Source: Candidatus Oxydemutatoraceae bacterium (GTDB lineage: Bacteria; Pseudomonadota; Gammaproteobacteria; Poriferisulfidales; Oxydemutatoraceae). From it: 64,000 nucleotides of DNA. Shown in pieces: positions 1 to 9,025 of the stretch; positions within the stretch are counted from its first letter, which is position 1, and each line of letters begins with the position of its first letter. The notes under the pieces are model-generated. The model saw only the letters and a program-made list of their open reading frames with translations. It ran no database searches and was not told the origin of the DNA. Both the position numbers and the translations under genes were made by a program. The stretch covers positions 1,408,001 to 1,472,000 of the forward strand of contig OZ244717.1 in NCBI GenBank assembly GCA_965218975.1, given 5' to 3'.

Positions 1-1563
1 TCGGACGTTATTTTTAATACTTTGGCCGCCGAGTTCGCCTTGCGAGAGAATGATCCGGAAGAATCATCTAAGTATTATATTAAAGCTTTAGAAAAATCTT
101 CAGATGCTGCTTTTATTGCTTCGGCTATTGAATTTTTCTTCAGCTATGGAAATTATATCGATGCGATTCGCGGCAGTGAAATTTTGTTAAAACTCAAACC
201 GCAAGATGAAACACTGAAGAAACTCTTGCCATATTTATATTTGAGTACGGCGCAAGCCGACAAAGCGATCGCGATGTTAGATTCGTTTGACGATCGTCAA
301 TTGACTACGGATGTTTTTGTAAAGATATCAAAGGTAGGTTTTTTAAACATTGATGAGAAAAAGTTAGCAGGCTTACAAAAAGCTGCTAAGCATTTCTCAG
401 ATAATGCGATGGCGCAGTATGCTTATGCAGTTTCCGCCGATTACTTTAAGGATTACGATCAAGCGATTATTTTCGCAGACCGAGGGCTTGCATTGGCGCC
501 TTATGTTGACATCGGGTACAAAGTTAAAGCTGATGCGTTGCAAAAGTCCGGCCGGCCGGATAAAAGTGTTGCAGTATTGCATGCCGGCGTGGGGAAGCTC
601 CCGGAAAATATTTCATTACGTATGAGTTATGCACAAGCACTGCATGGGACGGGTAAAAATGAAGAAGCTTACCGGCAGCTGATGAATTTGTACCGAACTA
701 TGCCGGAAGCATCTTCCAATGTTGTGCAATTACTTGGCACTATCGCATTGGAGCTTGGAAAAAATGAAGAAGCCTTAGAACATTTTAAGGAGTTGGAAAA
801 CTTTCCGGGCATGAACTTGCGCGCCAGATATTTTCAGGCGTACGCTTTGTTTCAATGGAAAAATTTTATTTCGGCAATGCATCTTCTACAAAATATTCCT
901 CCGGCAAGCGGTGCTGTATTTGAACAGGCTAATCTATTAATTGCGCGTATTTATCAAGATCAAATGATGATTGATCAAGCAGTGAGTCACTTGTCTGAAG
1001 CAATGGCGCAGGTGGAAGATAGTGAGCGGAAAATTAACTTTTATATCGCGCAAGCTAGGATTCTTAGTGCCGCCGGGTATTATACGCAAGCACGGGAAAT
1101 TTATTCTTTGGCAATTACGGAATTTCCTGAGCATCTAACATTTTATCTTCTGCGTGCGTTTAACGGAATAAAAATGAACGATCTTGAAACAATTGAAAAG
1201 GATGTGCATCACATTTTGTCTAAGGATGTCAATCATGTGGACGCGTTAAATTTGTTGGGCTACCACCTTGCGGATATGAATATTCGTTTGGATGAGGCAA
1301 AAGAATATCTGGTTCGCGCCTACAAAATCAACTCGGAAGATCCGCGAATCATTGATAGTTTAGGGTGGATAGAGTTCCGCTTGAAAAATTTTGAATCTGC
1401 CGAGAGGTTGATTCGGCGAGCAATTGAAAAGTATCCGGACCCGGAAATATACGGTCATTTGGTTGAAATTTTACGCGCACGAAATCAGTTCTTAGAAGCG
1501 GAAAATCAATTAAATGAAGCGTTGCAAATTTATCCCGACGATAAGTACCTTAAAAATCTGTAG
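1..1563 (+). CDS. Tetratricopeptide repeat protein (5' partial; conserved TPR gene upstream of lolB)
   Basis: Frame open from base 1; many TPR-like helices; C-terminal ALNLLGYHLAD...IIDSLGWIEFR...PEIYGHLVE signature; position before lolB-ispE. Confidence 0.85.
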   Translation, partial: SDVIFNTLAAEFALRENDPEESSKYYIKALEKSSDAAFIASAIEFFFSYGNYIDAIRGSEILLKLKPQDETLKKLLPYLYLSTAQADKAIAMLDSFDDRQLTTDVFVKISKVGFLNIDEKKLAGLQKAAKHFSDNAMAQYAYAVSADYFKDYDQAIIFADRGLALAPYVDIGYKVKADALQKSGRPDKSVAVLHAGVGKLPENISLRMSYAQALHGTGKNEEAYRQLMNLYRTMPEASSNVVQLLGTIALELGKNEEALEHFKELENFPGMNLRARYFQAYALFQWKNFISAMHLLQNIPPASGAVFEQANLLIARIYQDQMMIDQAVSHLSEAMAQVEDSERKINFYIAQARILSAAGYYTQAREIYSLAITEFPEHLTFYLLRAFNGIKMNDLETIEKDVHHILSKDVNHVDALNLLGYHLADMNIRLDEAKEYLVRAYKINSEDPRIIDSLGWIEFRLKNFESAERLIRRAIEKYPDPEIYGHLVEILRARNQFLEAENQLNEALQIYPDDKYLKNL

Positions 1564-1579
1564 CATTTTCCCGCACTGT

Positions 1580-2188
1580 TTGCGGGGCCTATCCCCGAGT
1601 TTGTATGCGGTGATTTACCTTTGCTTGTCTGCCTGCTCAATGACGATGAGTAATGACAAGATTGCGTCGTTATCTCCGGCATGGATTCAACATCATAACC
1701 AAGTGGCAGCGATCGGACGATGGAATATGCAAGGGGTGGTCAATTTACGTTATCGCGAACGGCGGTGGAATTTTAATATACGTTGGGAATGCACACATCA
1801 AAGTTCCGTATTAGATTTATATACTGTGCGCGGTGATAAATTGATGGAGTTTGAAGTTACCCCGCAGCAAGCTCGAGCAAAGGACCGCAGAGGGCAATCT
1901 TACTCCGAACCGAACGGCGAAGCATTGGCGCTGAAATTACTGGGAGTGCGAATGCCGATTGATAGTCTGTGTCAATGGTTAATCGGGATTCCGGATGCCG
2001 GCGGAGTAAAACCACAGTTTGAATTAGATGACCAAGGGCGTCTAGCTTCACTGATTCAATTTGGTTGGCATATTGGCTACCAAGATTACCGGGATGCAAG
2101 CAACTCTCTGAGTCTGCCCGGCAAGTTAATTTTAAGGAAAGGAAATATTCAAATTATCGTATTCGCCACACAACATCAGTTGATATAG
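1580..2188 (+). CDS. lolB: Outer-membrane lipoprotein insertase LolB
   Basis: Lipobox LSAC (Cys 1634-1636); motifs LLGVRMPIDSLCQWLIGIP, QFGWHIGY, LPGKL; directly before ispE. Start uncertain: TTG 1580 gives an 18-aa signal before the Cys; ORF track starts at 1514. Confidence 0.85.
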   Translation: MRGLSPSLYAVIYLCLSACSMTMSNDKIASLSPAWIQHHNQVAAIGRWNMQGVVNLRYRERRWNFNIRWECTHQSSVLDLYTVRGDKLMEFEVTPQQARAKDRRGQSYSEPNGEALALKLLGVRMPIDSLCQWLIGIPDAGGVKPQFELDDQGRLASLIQFGWHIGYQDYRDASNSLSLPGKLILRKGNIQIIVFATQHQLI

Positions 2189-2195
2189 CGATAGA

Positions 2196-3104
2196 ATGAA
2201 ACGCAAAATCGAGAAGAAACAACGGTTTTTTAATTTTCCGGCTCCGGCGAAGCTGAATTTGTTTTTACACATCATCGCATCGCGAGGCGACGGTTATCAT
2301 GAGATTCAGACGTTGTTTCAGCTATTGGATTATGGCGATACGTTAACGTTCGTGCAACGTTCTGATTCGGAGATTCGTGTGCACCTGCAGCGTGCATCGG
2401 AACTTCCGATGATGGATATTCCAGTAGCGGATAATTTGATCATTCGTGCGGCAAATATGCTACGCGATGCCTTTCGCAGGCGGAATCCCGATAAGCTATT
2501 TACCGGTGTTGATATTTTTTTACACAAGCGAATTCCGGTCGGCAGTGGTTTAGGTGGAGGTAGTTCCGATGCGGCAACGACATTGCACGCGCTTAATTTG
2601 CTTTGGGATTGCCGTTTAGATCAAGGAGCTTTAGCGGAGTTAGGTGCGGCTTTGGGTGCGGATGTGCCGGTCTTTGTACGCGGCACAAGTGCTTGGGCGG
2701 AAGGGCGTGGCGATCAATTAACGGCAATGTCACTACCGTCGCGGTGGTACGTTATATTAGTGCCGGCGGTGTTGATCATTACTGACGAGATTTTTCAATC
2801 GCCGGATTTGGTGCGAAATTGTCCGCCGATTCGCATGCAAGATTATGCGTCGAGCAAGCATATTAATGCTTTTCAGGCAGTTGTAGAACGTCGGTATCCG
2901 ATGGTATCGGACGCATTAGCTTGGTTAAACCATTATGGGTCTGCGCGTCTGAGTGGGAGTGGTAGCAGTGTTTTTGTCGGGTTTGATACTTATACGACCG
3001 CATCTCAAGTTATTGCCGACAAGCCGTCGGAGTTTTTTGGATTTACGGCGCGGGGTGTAGATTATTCGCCGTTATTAGATAGACTCGCAGCGTTATCTAA
3101 GTAA
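2196..3104 (+). CDS. ispE: 4-diphosphocytidyl-2-C-methyl-D-erythritol kinase
   Basis: PAPAKLNLFLHI, GYHEIQTLF, IPVGSGLGGGSSDAA, GADVPVF, LSGSGS. Confidence 0.97.
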   Translation: MKRKIEKKQRFFNFPAPAKLNLFLHIIASRGDGYHEIQTLFQLLDYGDTLTFVQRSDSEIRVHLQRASELPMMDIPVADNLIIRAANMLRDAFRRRNPDKLFTGVDIFLHKRIPVGSGLGGGSSDAATTLHALNLLWDCRLDQGALAELGAALGADVPVFVRGTSAWAEGRGDQLTAMSLPSRWYVILVPAVLIITDEIFQSPDLVRNCPPIRMQDYASSKHINAFQAVVERRYPMVSDALAWLNHYGSARLSGSGSSVFVGFDTYTTASQVIADKPSEFFGFTARGVDYSPLLDRLAALSK

Positions 3105-3123
3105 TAATATTAATAAATCATGA

Positions 3124-3195
3124 TGGGGCGTGGCCAAGTGGTAAGGCACCGGGTTTTGATCCCGGCATTCGCAGGTTCGAATCCTGCCGCCCCAG
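3124..3195 (+). tRNA. tRNA-Gln (TTG), CCA not encoded
   Basis: Acceptor TGGGGCG/CGCCCCA, anticodon arm CCGGG-TTTTGAT-CCCGG, T arm GCAGG-TTCGAAT-CCTGC; classic ispE-tRNA-Gln-prs position. Confidence 0.97.
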
Positions 3196-3235
3196 CAGCC
3201 AATGGATTTAGTCATACATTAAGTGGTGCATTTTA

Positions 3236-4195
3236 ATGAATCATTCAGCAGCGCGTATGATGCTTTTTTCCGGCAATGCTAATCGTCCGCTTGCCGAAAG
3301 ACTAGCCAAAAATTTAAAGCTCAGACTCGGCAAAGCGATCGTGAGCCGTTTTAGCGATGGCGAGGTGCAAGTTGAAATTCAAGAAAACATCAGAGGTCGA
3401 GATATTTTTATTGTTCAGCCGCTATGTAGCCCGACTAACGATAGCTTGATGGAATTACTAATCATGGTGGATGCTTTTTATCGCGCATCTGCCGGTAGAA
3501 TTACTGCGGTGATCCCGTATTTCGGTTATTGTCGGCAAGACCGCAAAGTTCGCTCAATGCGCGTGCCGATTTCAGCAAAAGTTGTTGCCGATATGATTGG
3601 AGCAGTTGCGACTAACCGTGTATTAACCATGGATTTGCATGCCGATCAAATACAAGGTTTTTTTCGTATGCAGATTGACAACATCTACGCTTCACCTGTG
3701 TTGTTAAGTGACATTTGGCAAAAGAATTATCCGGACTTAATTATTGTATCGCCGGATGTTGGCGGTGTCGTGCGTGCACGGGCGCTGGCAAAGCGTTTGG
3801 ACGATGCCGATCTTGCGATTATCGATAAACGCCGCCCACAAGTTAACGAAAGCCAAGTAATGAATATTATCGGCGACATCAAAGGGAAAACTTGCGTGAT
3901 TGTGGACGATCTGGTAGATACTGCCGGAACTTTAGGTCAAGCGGCGAGGGTACTGAAAGAAAATGGCGCCAAGTCGGTTCTTGCTTATGCAACCCATCCG
4001 GTACTATCGGGTGATGCGGTAAAGAACATCGCCGCTTCGGAGCTGGATGAATTGGTCATTACCGACACGATTCCACTAAGGGAAGAAGTGCGTCAGTGTA
4101 GAAAAATTCGACAGATCAGTATCGCCGATTTGCTTGCTGAGACAATTCACCGCATTTACCTTGAGGAATCAATCAGTAGTTTGTTTGTTGATTGA
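3236..4195 (+). CDS. prs: Ribose-phosphate pyrophosphokinase
   Basis: [45 protein letters not shown]. Confidence 0.98.
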   Translation: MNHSAARMMLFSGNANRPLAERLAKNLKLRLGKAIVSRFSDGEVQVEIQENIRGRDIFIVQPLCSPTNDSLMELLIMVDAFYRASAGRITAVIPYFGYCRQDRKVRSMRVPISAKVVADMIGAVATNRVLTMDLHADQIQGFFRMQIDNIYASPVLLSDIWQKNYPDLIIVSPDVGGVVRARALAKRLDDADLAIIDKRRPQVNESQVMNIIGDIKGKTCVIVDDLVDTAGTLGQAARVLKENGAKSVLAYATHPVLSGDAVKNIAASELDELVITDTIPLREEVRQCRKIRQISIADLLAETIHRIYLEESISSLFVD

Positions 4196-4244
4196 GAGCT
4201 GAATCTCAATAAGTTGTAGTCGCGGTTCGTCAAGTTCGAATCAA

Positions 4245-4395
4245 TGTATAGTGCTGGATACATACGGGACTCACGGCGTGATTTGGGGGTGGCACAATAT
4301 GCGCCGAACGCATGCCGGTTTAAGTCAACAGTCGCCGTGCCGAATGTTGGTCCCCAACAACCCTAAAAAAATCCGGAATGTATCGGCATCGTACA
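4245..4395 (+). other. 151-bp imperfect inverted-repeat / rod-hairpin element (structured ncRNA or MITE)
   Basis: TGTATAGTGCTGGATACATACGGGA pairs with TCCGGAATGTATCGGCATCGTACA; inner TTGGGG/CCCCAA and CAATAT/ATGTTG; flanked by CAA on both sides. Confidence 0.5.
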
Positions 4396-4472
4396 CAAGT
4401 TTTATTACGGCTATGGTAAACTATTCAATTGATTCACATTGCATTCGTCATCGCAGACTAAAATAATAATAT

Positions 4473-4548
4473 AGGCGCGTAGCTCAGTCGGCAGAGCACC
4501 ACTGTGACATGGTGGGGGTCGTTGGTTCAAGTCCAATCGCGCCTACCA
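4473..4548 (+). tRNA. tRNA-Val (GAC)
   Basis: Acceptor AGGCGCG/CGCGCCT-A-CCA, anticodon arm CCACT-GTGACAT-GGTGG, T loop TTCAAGT; upstream of thrS. Confidence 0.96.
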
Positions 4549-4609
4549 AAGTTCGTTTAAATAAAAAGAGTGATAGCTTTTCAATAAAATGATACGTTGA
4601 AATTATGAT

Positions 4610-4650
4610 TGTGGAATATGTGACTTTTAGCATGAGTCGCTACTGCCATA
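4610..4650 (+). promoter_or_regulatory. thrS translational operator-like hairpin (domain 2, tRNA anticodon-arm mimic)
   Basis: TATGTGACTT-TTAGCAT-GAGTCGCTACTGC just upstream of the thrS ATG closely resembles the recalled E. coli operator TATGTGATCT-TTCGTGT-GGGTCACCACTGC. Confidence 0.7.
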
Positions 4651-4657
4651 GATTTAT

Positions 4658-6583
4658 ATGATACAGATTACACTTCCCGACAAATCCGTAAAAAATTTTA
4701 ATCGCCCGGTAACAATCTTGCAGGTTGCAGAGTCCATTGGTCTTGGACTTGCAAAGGCTGCGATTGCCGGTGAAGTAAACGGTGTCTTGCACGATCTCTG
4801 TATCACCATCGAAAATGATGCTGACCTGCGCATCATTACCGACAAAGATTTACGAGGCATCGAAATCATCCGCCATTCATGCGCCCACTTAATGGGGCAT
4901 GCGGTAAAACAACTGTACCCCGAAGCAAAAATGGCAATCGGACCGGTGATTGAAAACGGATTTTATTATGACATTGCTTATGATCGTCCGTTTACGCAAG
5001 AAGATGTTGAAGCGATAGAAAAACGGATGCGCGATTTAATTGGCAAAAATTATGATGTCATTCGCAAGCCGGTAAGTAAAAAGCAAGCGTTAAAAATCTT
5101 CAAAGAACGGAACGAGGATTATAAAATTCAAATCATTGAAGGGATTGCTACGGGCAAAGATATTGCTTTGTACCATCATGAAGAATATGTTGATATGTGT
5201 CGTGGTCCGCATGTGCCTAATACGCAGCACTTGCGTGCGTTTAAGTTAACCAAGCTAGCAGGCGCGTATTGGCGTGGTGATCATAATAATGAAATGCTGC
5301 AGCGGATTTACGGTACGGCATGGCATGATGAGAAACAGCTTAAGGTATATCTTGATAATCTCGCTAACGCTGAAAAGCGTGACCACCGTCGCCTCGGCAA
5401 GCGGATGGATTTATTTCATTTTCAACAAGAGGCGCCGGGAATGGTGTTTTGGCACGAGCGCGGTTGGATCTTATATCGTATTGTTGAAGAATATATTCGT
5501 AGAGTGGTTACCGCTGCCGGTTATAAGGAAGTACACACACCGCAGATGGTTGATCGACAATTATGGGAACGTTCGGGACATTGGGACAAGTTTGGCGATA
5601 TGATTTTTGCGACGGAATCTGAAAAACGTGACTATGCTATCAAGCCGATGAATTGTCCCGGACATATTCAGATTTTCAATCAAAGTTTACGTAGTTATCG
5701 CGATTTACCGTATCGTATCGCCGAGTTTGGTGTTGTTCACCGCAATGAACCCTCGGGTACTTTGCATGGCTTGATGCGCGCTCGTCGCTTCACTCAAGAC
5801 GATGCGCATATTTTTTGCGAGGAGGATACGCTACAAGAAGAAATTATCCGCTTAATCGACACCACGTTTGACGTGTACCGGCATTTTGGTTTCGATAAAA
5901 TTTTGGTTGCATTATCAACACGCCCGGAACAACGGGTCGGAGACGATGCGTTATGGGATAAATCGGAGCAAGCGCTGGAACAGTCTTTGCAGGGACATGG
6001 GTTGAAGTATCAGGTTAAATCCGGTGAAGGTGCGTTTTATGGGCCGAAAATTGATTTTACGCTAAAGGATTGTATTGACCGCGAGTGGCAATGTGGCACG
6101 ATTCAACTGGATTTCTCGATGCCAAGACGTTTGGGCGCCGAATATGTTGCCGAGGACGGGGCGCGGCAAGTACCGGTGATGATCCACCGTGCAATATTAG
6201 GTTCGCTTGAACGATTCATCGGTATTTTGATTGAGCATTATGCGGGGAAACTTCCGCTATGGCTTACTCCGGTGCAGGTTGCGGTACTTAATATTACTGA
6301 TGAACAAGCGGGTTATGTATCTGAAATTGCCGCTCAATTACGGCAAAGGACAGACCTGCGCGTTATTTTAGACTTGAGAAATGAAAAGATAGGTTATAAA
6401 ATCCGCGAGCATACACTACAATATATTCCTTATTTGCTTGTAATCGGGCGTAAAGAAGTGAGCTCATCTACAGTTGCTGTGCGGCTACAAAATGGGGAGG
6501 ATATTGGAGCGATGCGATTAGGAGAGTTTATTCAGCGGTTGGATGCAGAGCTAACCGCCGATCTTAAACCGAAGAGATGCTAA
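4658..6583 (+). CDS. thrS: Threonine--tRNA ligase
   Basis: TGS N-terminus, [49 protein letters not shown]. Confidence 0.99.
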   Translation: MIQITLPDKSVKNFNRPVTILQVAESIGLGLAKAAIAGEVNGVLHDLCITIENDADLRIITDKDLRGIEIIRHSCAHLMGHAVKQLYPEAKMAIGPVIENGFYYDIAYDRPFTQEDVEAIEKRMRDLIGKNYDVIRKPVSKKQALKIFKERNEDYKIQIIEGIATGKDIALYHHEEYVDMCRGPHVPNTQHLRAFKLTKLAGAYWRGDHNNEMLQRIYGTAWHDEKQLKVYLDNLANAEKRDHRRLGKRMDLFHFQQEAPGMVFWHERGWILYRIVEEYIRRVVTAAGYKEVHTPQMVDRQLWERSGHWDKFGDMIFATESEKRDYAIKPMNCPGHIQIFNQSLRSYRDLPYRIAEFGVVHRNEPSGTLHGLMRARRFTQDDAHIFCEEDTLQEEIIRLIDTTFDVYRHFGFDKILVALSTRPEQRVGDDALWDKSEQALEQSLQGHGLKYQVKSGEGAFYGPKIDFTLKDCIDREWQCGTIQLDFSMPRRLGAEYVAEDGARQVPVMIHRAILGSLERFIGILIEHYAGKLPLWLTPVQVAVLNITDEQAGYVSEIAAQLRQRTDLRVILDLRNEKIGYKIREHTLQYIPYLLVIGRKEVSSSTVAVRLQNGEDIGAMRLGEFIQRLDAELTADLKPKRC

Positions 6584-6610
6584 TTTAACCGACATAGGGA
6601 GGTAGTGCTT

Positions 6611-7159
6611 ATCAGCGTAATAAGAAAAGTTCGCCTAAACGAAGAAATTACCGGTGCGCGAGTTCGGTTAATTAACGAAGTAGGAGAGAACCAAGGGATT
6701 ATGAGTTTAGGTGACGCACAACAATCTGCAGAAGATAAAGAGCTGGATCTTGTTGAACTGGCTCCCGATAGCGATCCACCGGTATGTCGGATTATGGATT
6801 ATGGCAAATTCAGATTTGCTCAAGTAAAGAAAGCGCATCAAGCGAAAAAGAATCAAAGGCGTATTCAGGTTAAAGAAATTAAATTCAGACCGGGTACCGA
6901 AAAAGCAGATTATCAAACTAAACTGCGTAACTTGATTCGATTTTTAACCGATGGGGACAAAACAAAAGTAACAATTCGGTTTCGCGGGCGTGAAATTTTA
7001 CATCAACACCGGGGATTAGAGTTACTAGATCGAATCAAGGAAGATTTAAAGGATTTCAGCGATCTTGAACAGGGACCGAAATCAGAAGGAAGGCAGATGA
7101 TGATGGTGCTTGCGCCGAAAAAAAAACTGGTTCAGAAAAATGCCCAAAATCAAAACTAA
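6611..7159 (+). CDS. infC: Translation initiation factor IF-3 (probable ATC start)
   Basis: [33 protein letters not shown]; SD GGAGGT at 6598-6603 lies 7 nt before in-frame ATC 6611, while GTG 6605 is too close to the SD. Confidence 0.95.
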   Translation: MSVIRKVRLNEEITGARVRLINEVGENQGIMSLGDAQQSAEDKELDLVELAPDSDPPVCRIMDYGKFRFAQVKKAHQAKKNQRRIQVKEIKFRPGTEKADYQTKLRNLIRFLTDGDKTKVTIRFRGREILHQHRGLELLDRIKEDLKDFSDLEQGPKSEGRQMMMVLAPKKKLVQKNAQNQN

Positions 7160-7337
7160 TAGAGGTGCCGCAAAGCGGTTTAAGAAAACAGCGACCGGTC
7201 AGTTTCGCAAGAAGCAATCGCATGCTCGGCATATTTTGACTAAGAAGAGTTCCAAACGTAAGCGGATGTTGCGTTCACCTGAAATGATCGATAAAAATGA
7301 TAAGCAAGCGGTGAATAGAATGCTTCCTTACGCATAG
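7140..7337 (+). CDS. rpmI: 50S ribosomal protein L35
   Basis: [17 protein letters not shown]...HILTKKS; ATG at 7140. Confidence 0.97.
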   Translation: MPKIKTNRGAAKRFKKTATGQFRKKQSHARHILTKKSSKRKRMLRSPEMIDKNDKQAVNRMLPYA

Positions 7338-7359
7338 TTGAAAGCAATCGAGTTGAACA

Positions 7360-7722
7360 ATGGCAAGAGTATCCAGAGGCACTACCGCTCACAAACGACA
7401 TAAGAAAATCCTGCGCAAAGCAAAAGGCTATTACGGCGCGCGCAGCCGTTTGTTCAAAGCAGCCAAGCAAGCGGTTATCAAAGCGGGTCAATATGCGTAT
7501 CGTGACCGCCGTCAATGCAAGCGGCAATTCCGTGCGCTATGGATTGTCCGCATTAATGCTGCCGCCCGCCAATTTGACTTATCATATAGCCGGTTAATGA
7601 GCGGTTTGCATAAGGCAGGTATCGACATTGATAGGAAAATCCTATCGGACCTTGCAGTGCATGATATTGAAGCATTTTCTCATATTGTCGAAAAAGCTAA
7701 AGCTGCGTTGGCCGCTAATTAA
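7360..7722 (+). CDS. rplT: 50S ribosomal protein L20
   Basis: [43 protein letters not shown]. Confidence 0.98.
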   Translation: MARVSRGTTAHKRHKKILRKAKGYYGARSRLFKAAKQAVIKAGQYAYRDRRQCKRQFRALWIVRINAAARQFDLSYSRLMSGLHKAGIDIDRKILSDLAVHDIEAFSHIVEKAKAALAAN

Positions 7723-8001
7723 TTTATTTAGCGTCTTTTGACGAGTCTCATTTTGCTTTGTTGACATGATAATAACTAAATTATTGCTTATTGCTTTTAG
7801 CATAAGATAAATAATGGATGGGCCAGGAGTTATAAACCTGAACCGGCTCATGTGCATGCCGTTTCCGTGGTTGAGGAGCTTGTCGAACCTTAGTCGTCGA
7901 AAAATATTGGCACGATGCGGAAGTTTGGCTAATATCCCTAAATTTAGTGCTAAACTCAATGCTTAGGATCGATCTGCAACATATTGAAAATATAGAGAAA
8001 A

Positions 8002-9021
8002 ATGGCCAATAGTCCTTCTTATAATGGGCAATTGGATACTATTGAAACCATACTTCCCGAAGCGTTGGACAAAATTCGCGAGGCGCAAACTCTATCGGAC
8101 TGGGATGCATTGCGGGTACATTATCTCGGCAAGAAAGGTTTGCTTACCGCTTTGCTAAAGCAGCTTGGCGAGTTGCCTGTCGCCGAACGTCCCATTGTCG
8201 GGAATACGTTAAATGCGGTGAAGGAACGGATTCAATCGGCATTACAACAACGTCAGCAACAATTGTGCGCGGATAAAGTGGCGCAACGTCTTGCTCAAGC
8301 GTCGCCGGATATCGGTTTGCCCGGACGCGGTCAATGTGTCGGTGCGCTTAACCCAATCAGCTTATGTAGGCGGCGCATTGAAGACTTTTTCACTAAATTC
8401 GGATTTGATATTATTGAGGGGCCGGAAATCGAGAATGATTTTTATAACTTCTCCGCACTGAATATTCCTGAGCGGCATCCGGCGCGCGCCATGCATGATA
8501 CGTTTTACCTTAATAATCAATTGCTACTGCGTACACATACTTCGCCGGTACAGATTCACACGTTGGAAACGCGTCAGCCGCCCTTACGTATGATCGCGCC
8601 CGGGCGGGTGTTTCGATGCGACTCCGATGCGACTCACAGCCCAATGTTTCATCAGGTTGAAGCTTTGGTTGTTGACCGGCAAACATCGTTTGCAGACCTA
8701 AAGGGAATAGTACAAAGCTTTCTGGATTATTTCTTTGATGATGATCATTTAAAAATTCGGTTTCGTCCGTCTTACTTTCCGTTTACCGAGCCTTCTGCCG
8801 AAGTCGATGTCTGCAATAAAAATGGTGAATGGTTGGAAGTGATGGGTTGTGGAATGCTACACCCTAATGTGTTTAAGCTGATTGACTATCCTATAGGGAA
8901 ATGGCGCGGTTATGCATTCGGTATGGGGATTGAGCGTCTTGCGATGTTACGTTATGGCGTGGACGATCTGCGTTTGTTTTTCAACAACGATATTCATTTC
9001 TTGGAGCAGTTTGGCGGATGA
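8002..9021 (+). CDS. pheS: Phenylalanine--tRNA ligase alpha subunit
   Basis: HPARAMHDTFY, LLRTHTSPVQ, FHQVE, FPFTEPS, AFGMGIERLAM. Confidence 0.99.
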   Translation: MANSPSYNGQLDTIETILPEALDKIREAQTLSDWDALRVHYLGKKGLLTALLKQLGELPVAERPIVGNTLNAVKERIQSALQQRQQQLCADKVAQRLAQASPDIGLPGRGQCVGALNPISLCRRRIEDFFTKFGFDIIEGPEIENDFYNFSALNIPERHPARAMHDTFYLNNQLLLRTHTSPVQIHTLETRQPPLRMIAPGRVFRCDSDATHSPMFHQVEALVVDRQTSFADLKGIVQSFLDYFFDDDHLKIRFRPSYFPFTEPSAEVDVCNKNGEWLEVMGCGMLHPNVFKLIDYPIGKWRGYAFGMGIERLAMLRYGVDDLRLFFNNDIHFLEQFGG

Positions 9022-9025
9022 TGTG

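Noticed and set aside
4251-4466. 71-aa ORF over the hairpin element
   Set aside because: GTG start without SD and no recognisable motif; the region is better explained by inverted-repeat structure
7766-7810. pheM-like leader peptide (MIITKLLLIAFSIR)
   Set aside because: Only one Phe codon and no attenuator terminator
7642-7959. 105-aa minus-strand ORF
   Set aside because: Antisense overlap with rplT and no motif; likely spurious
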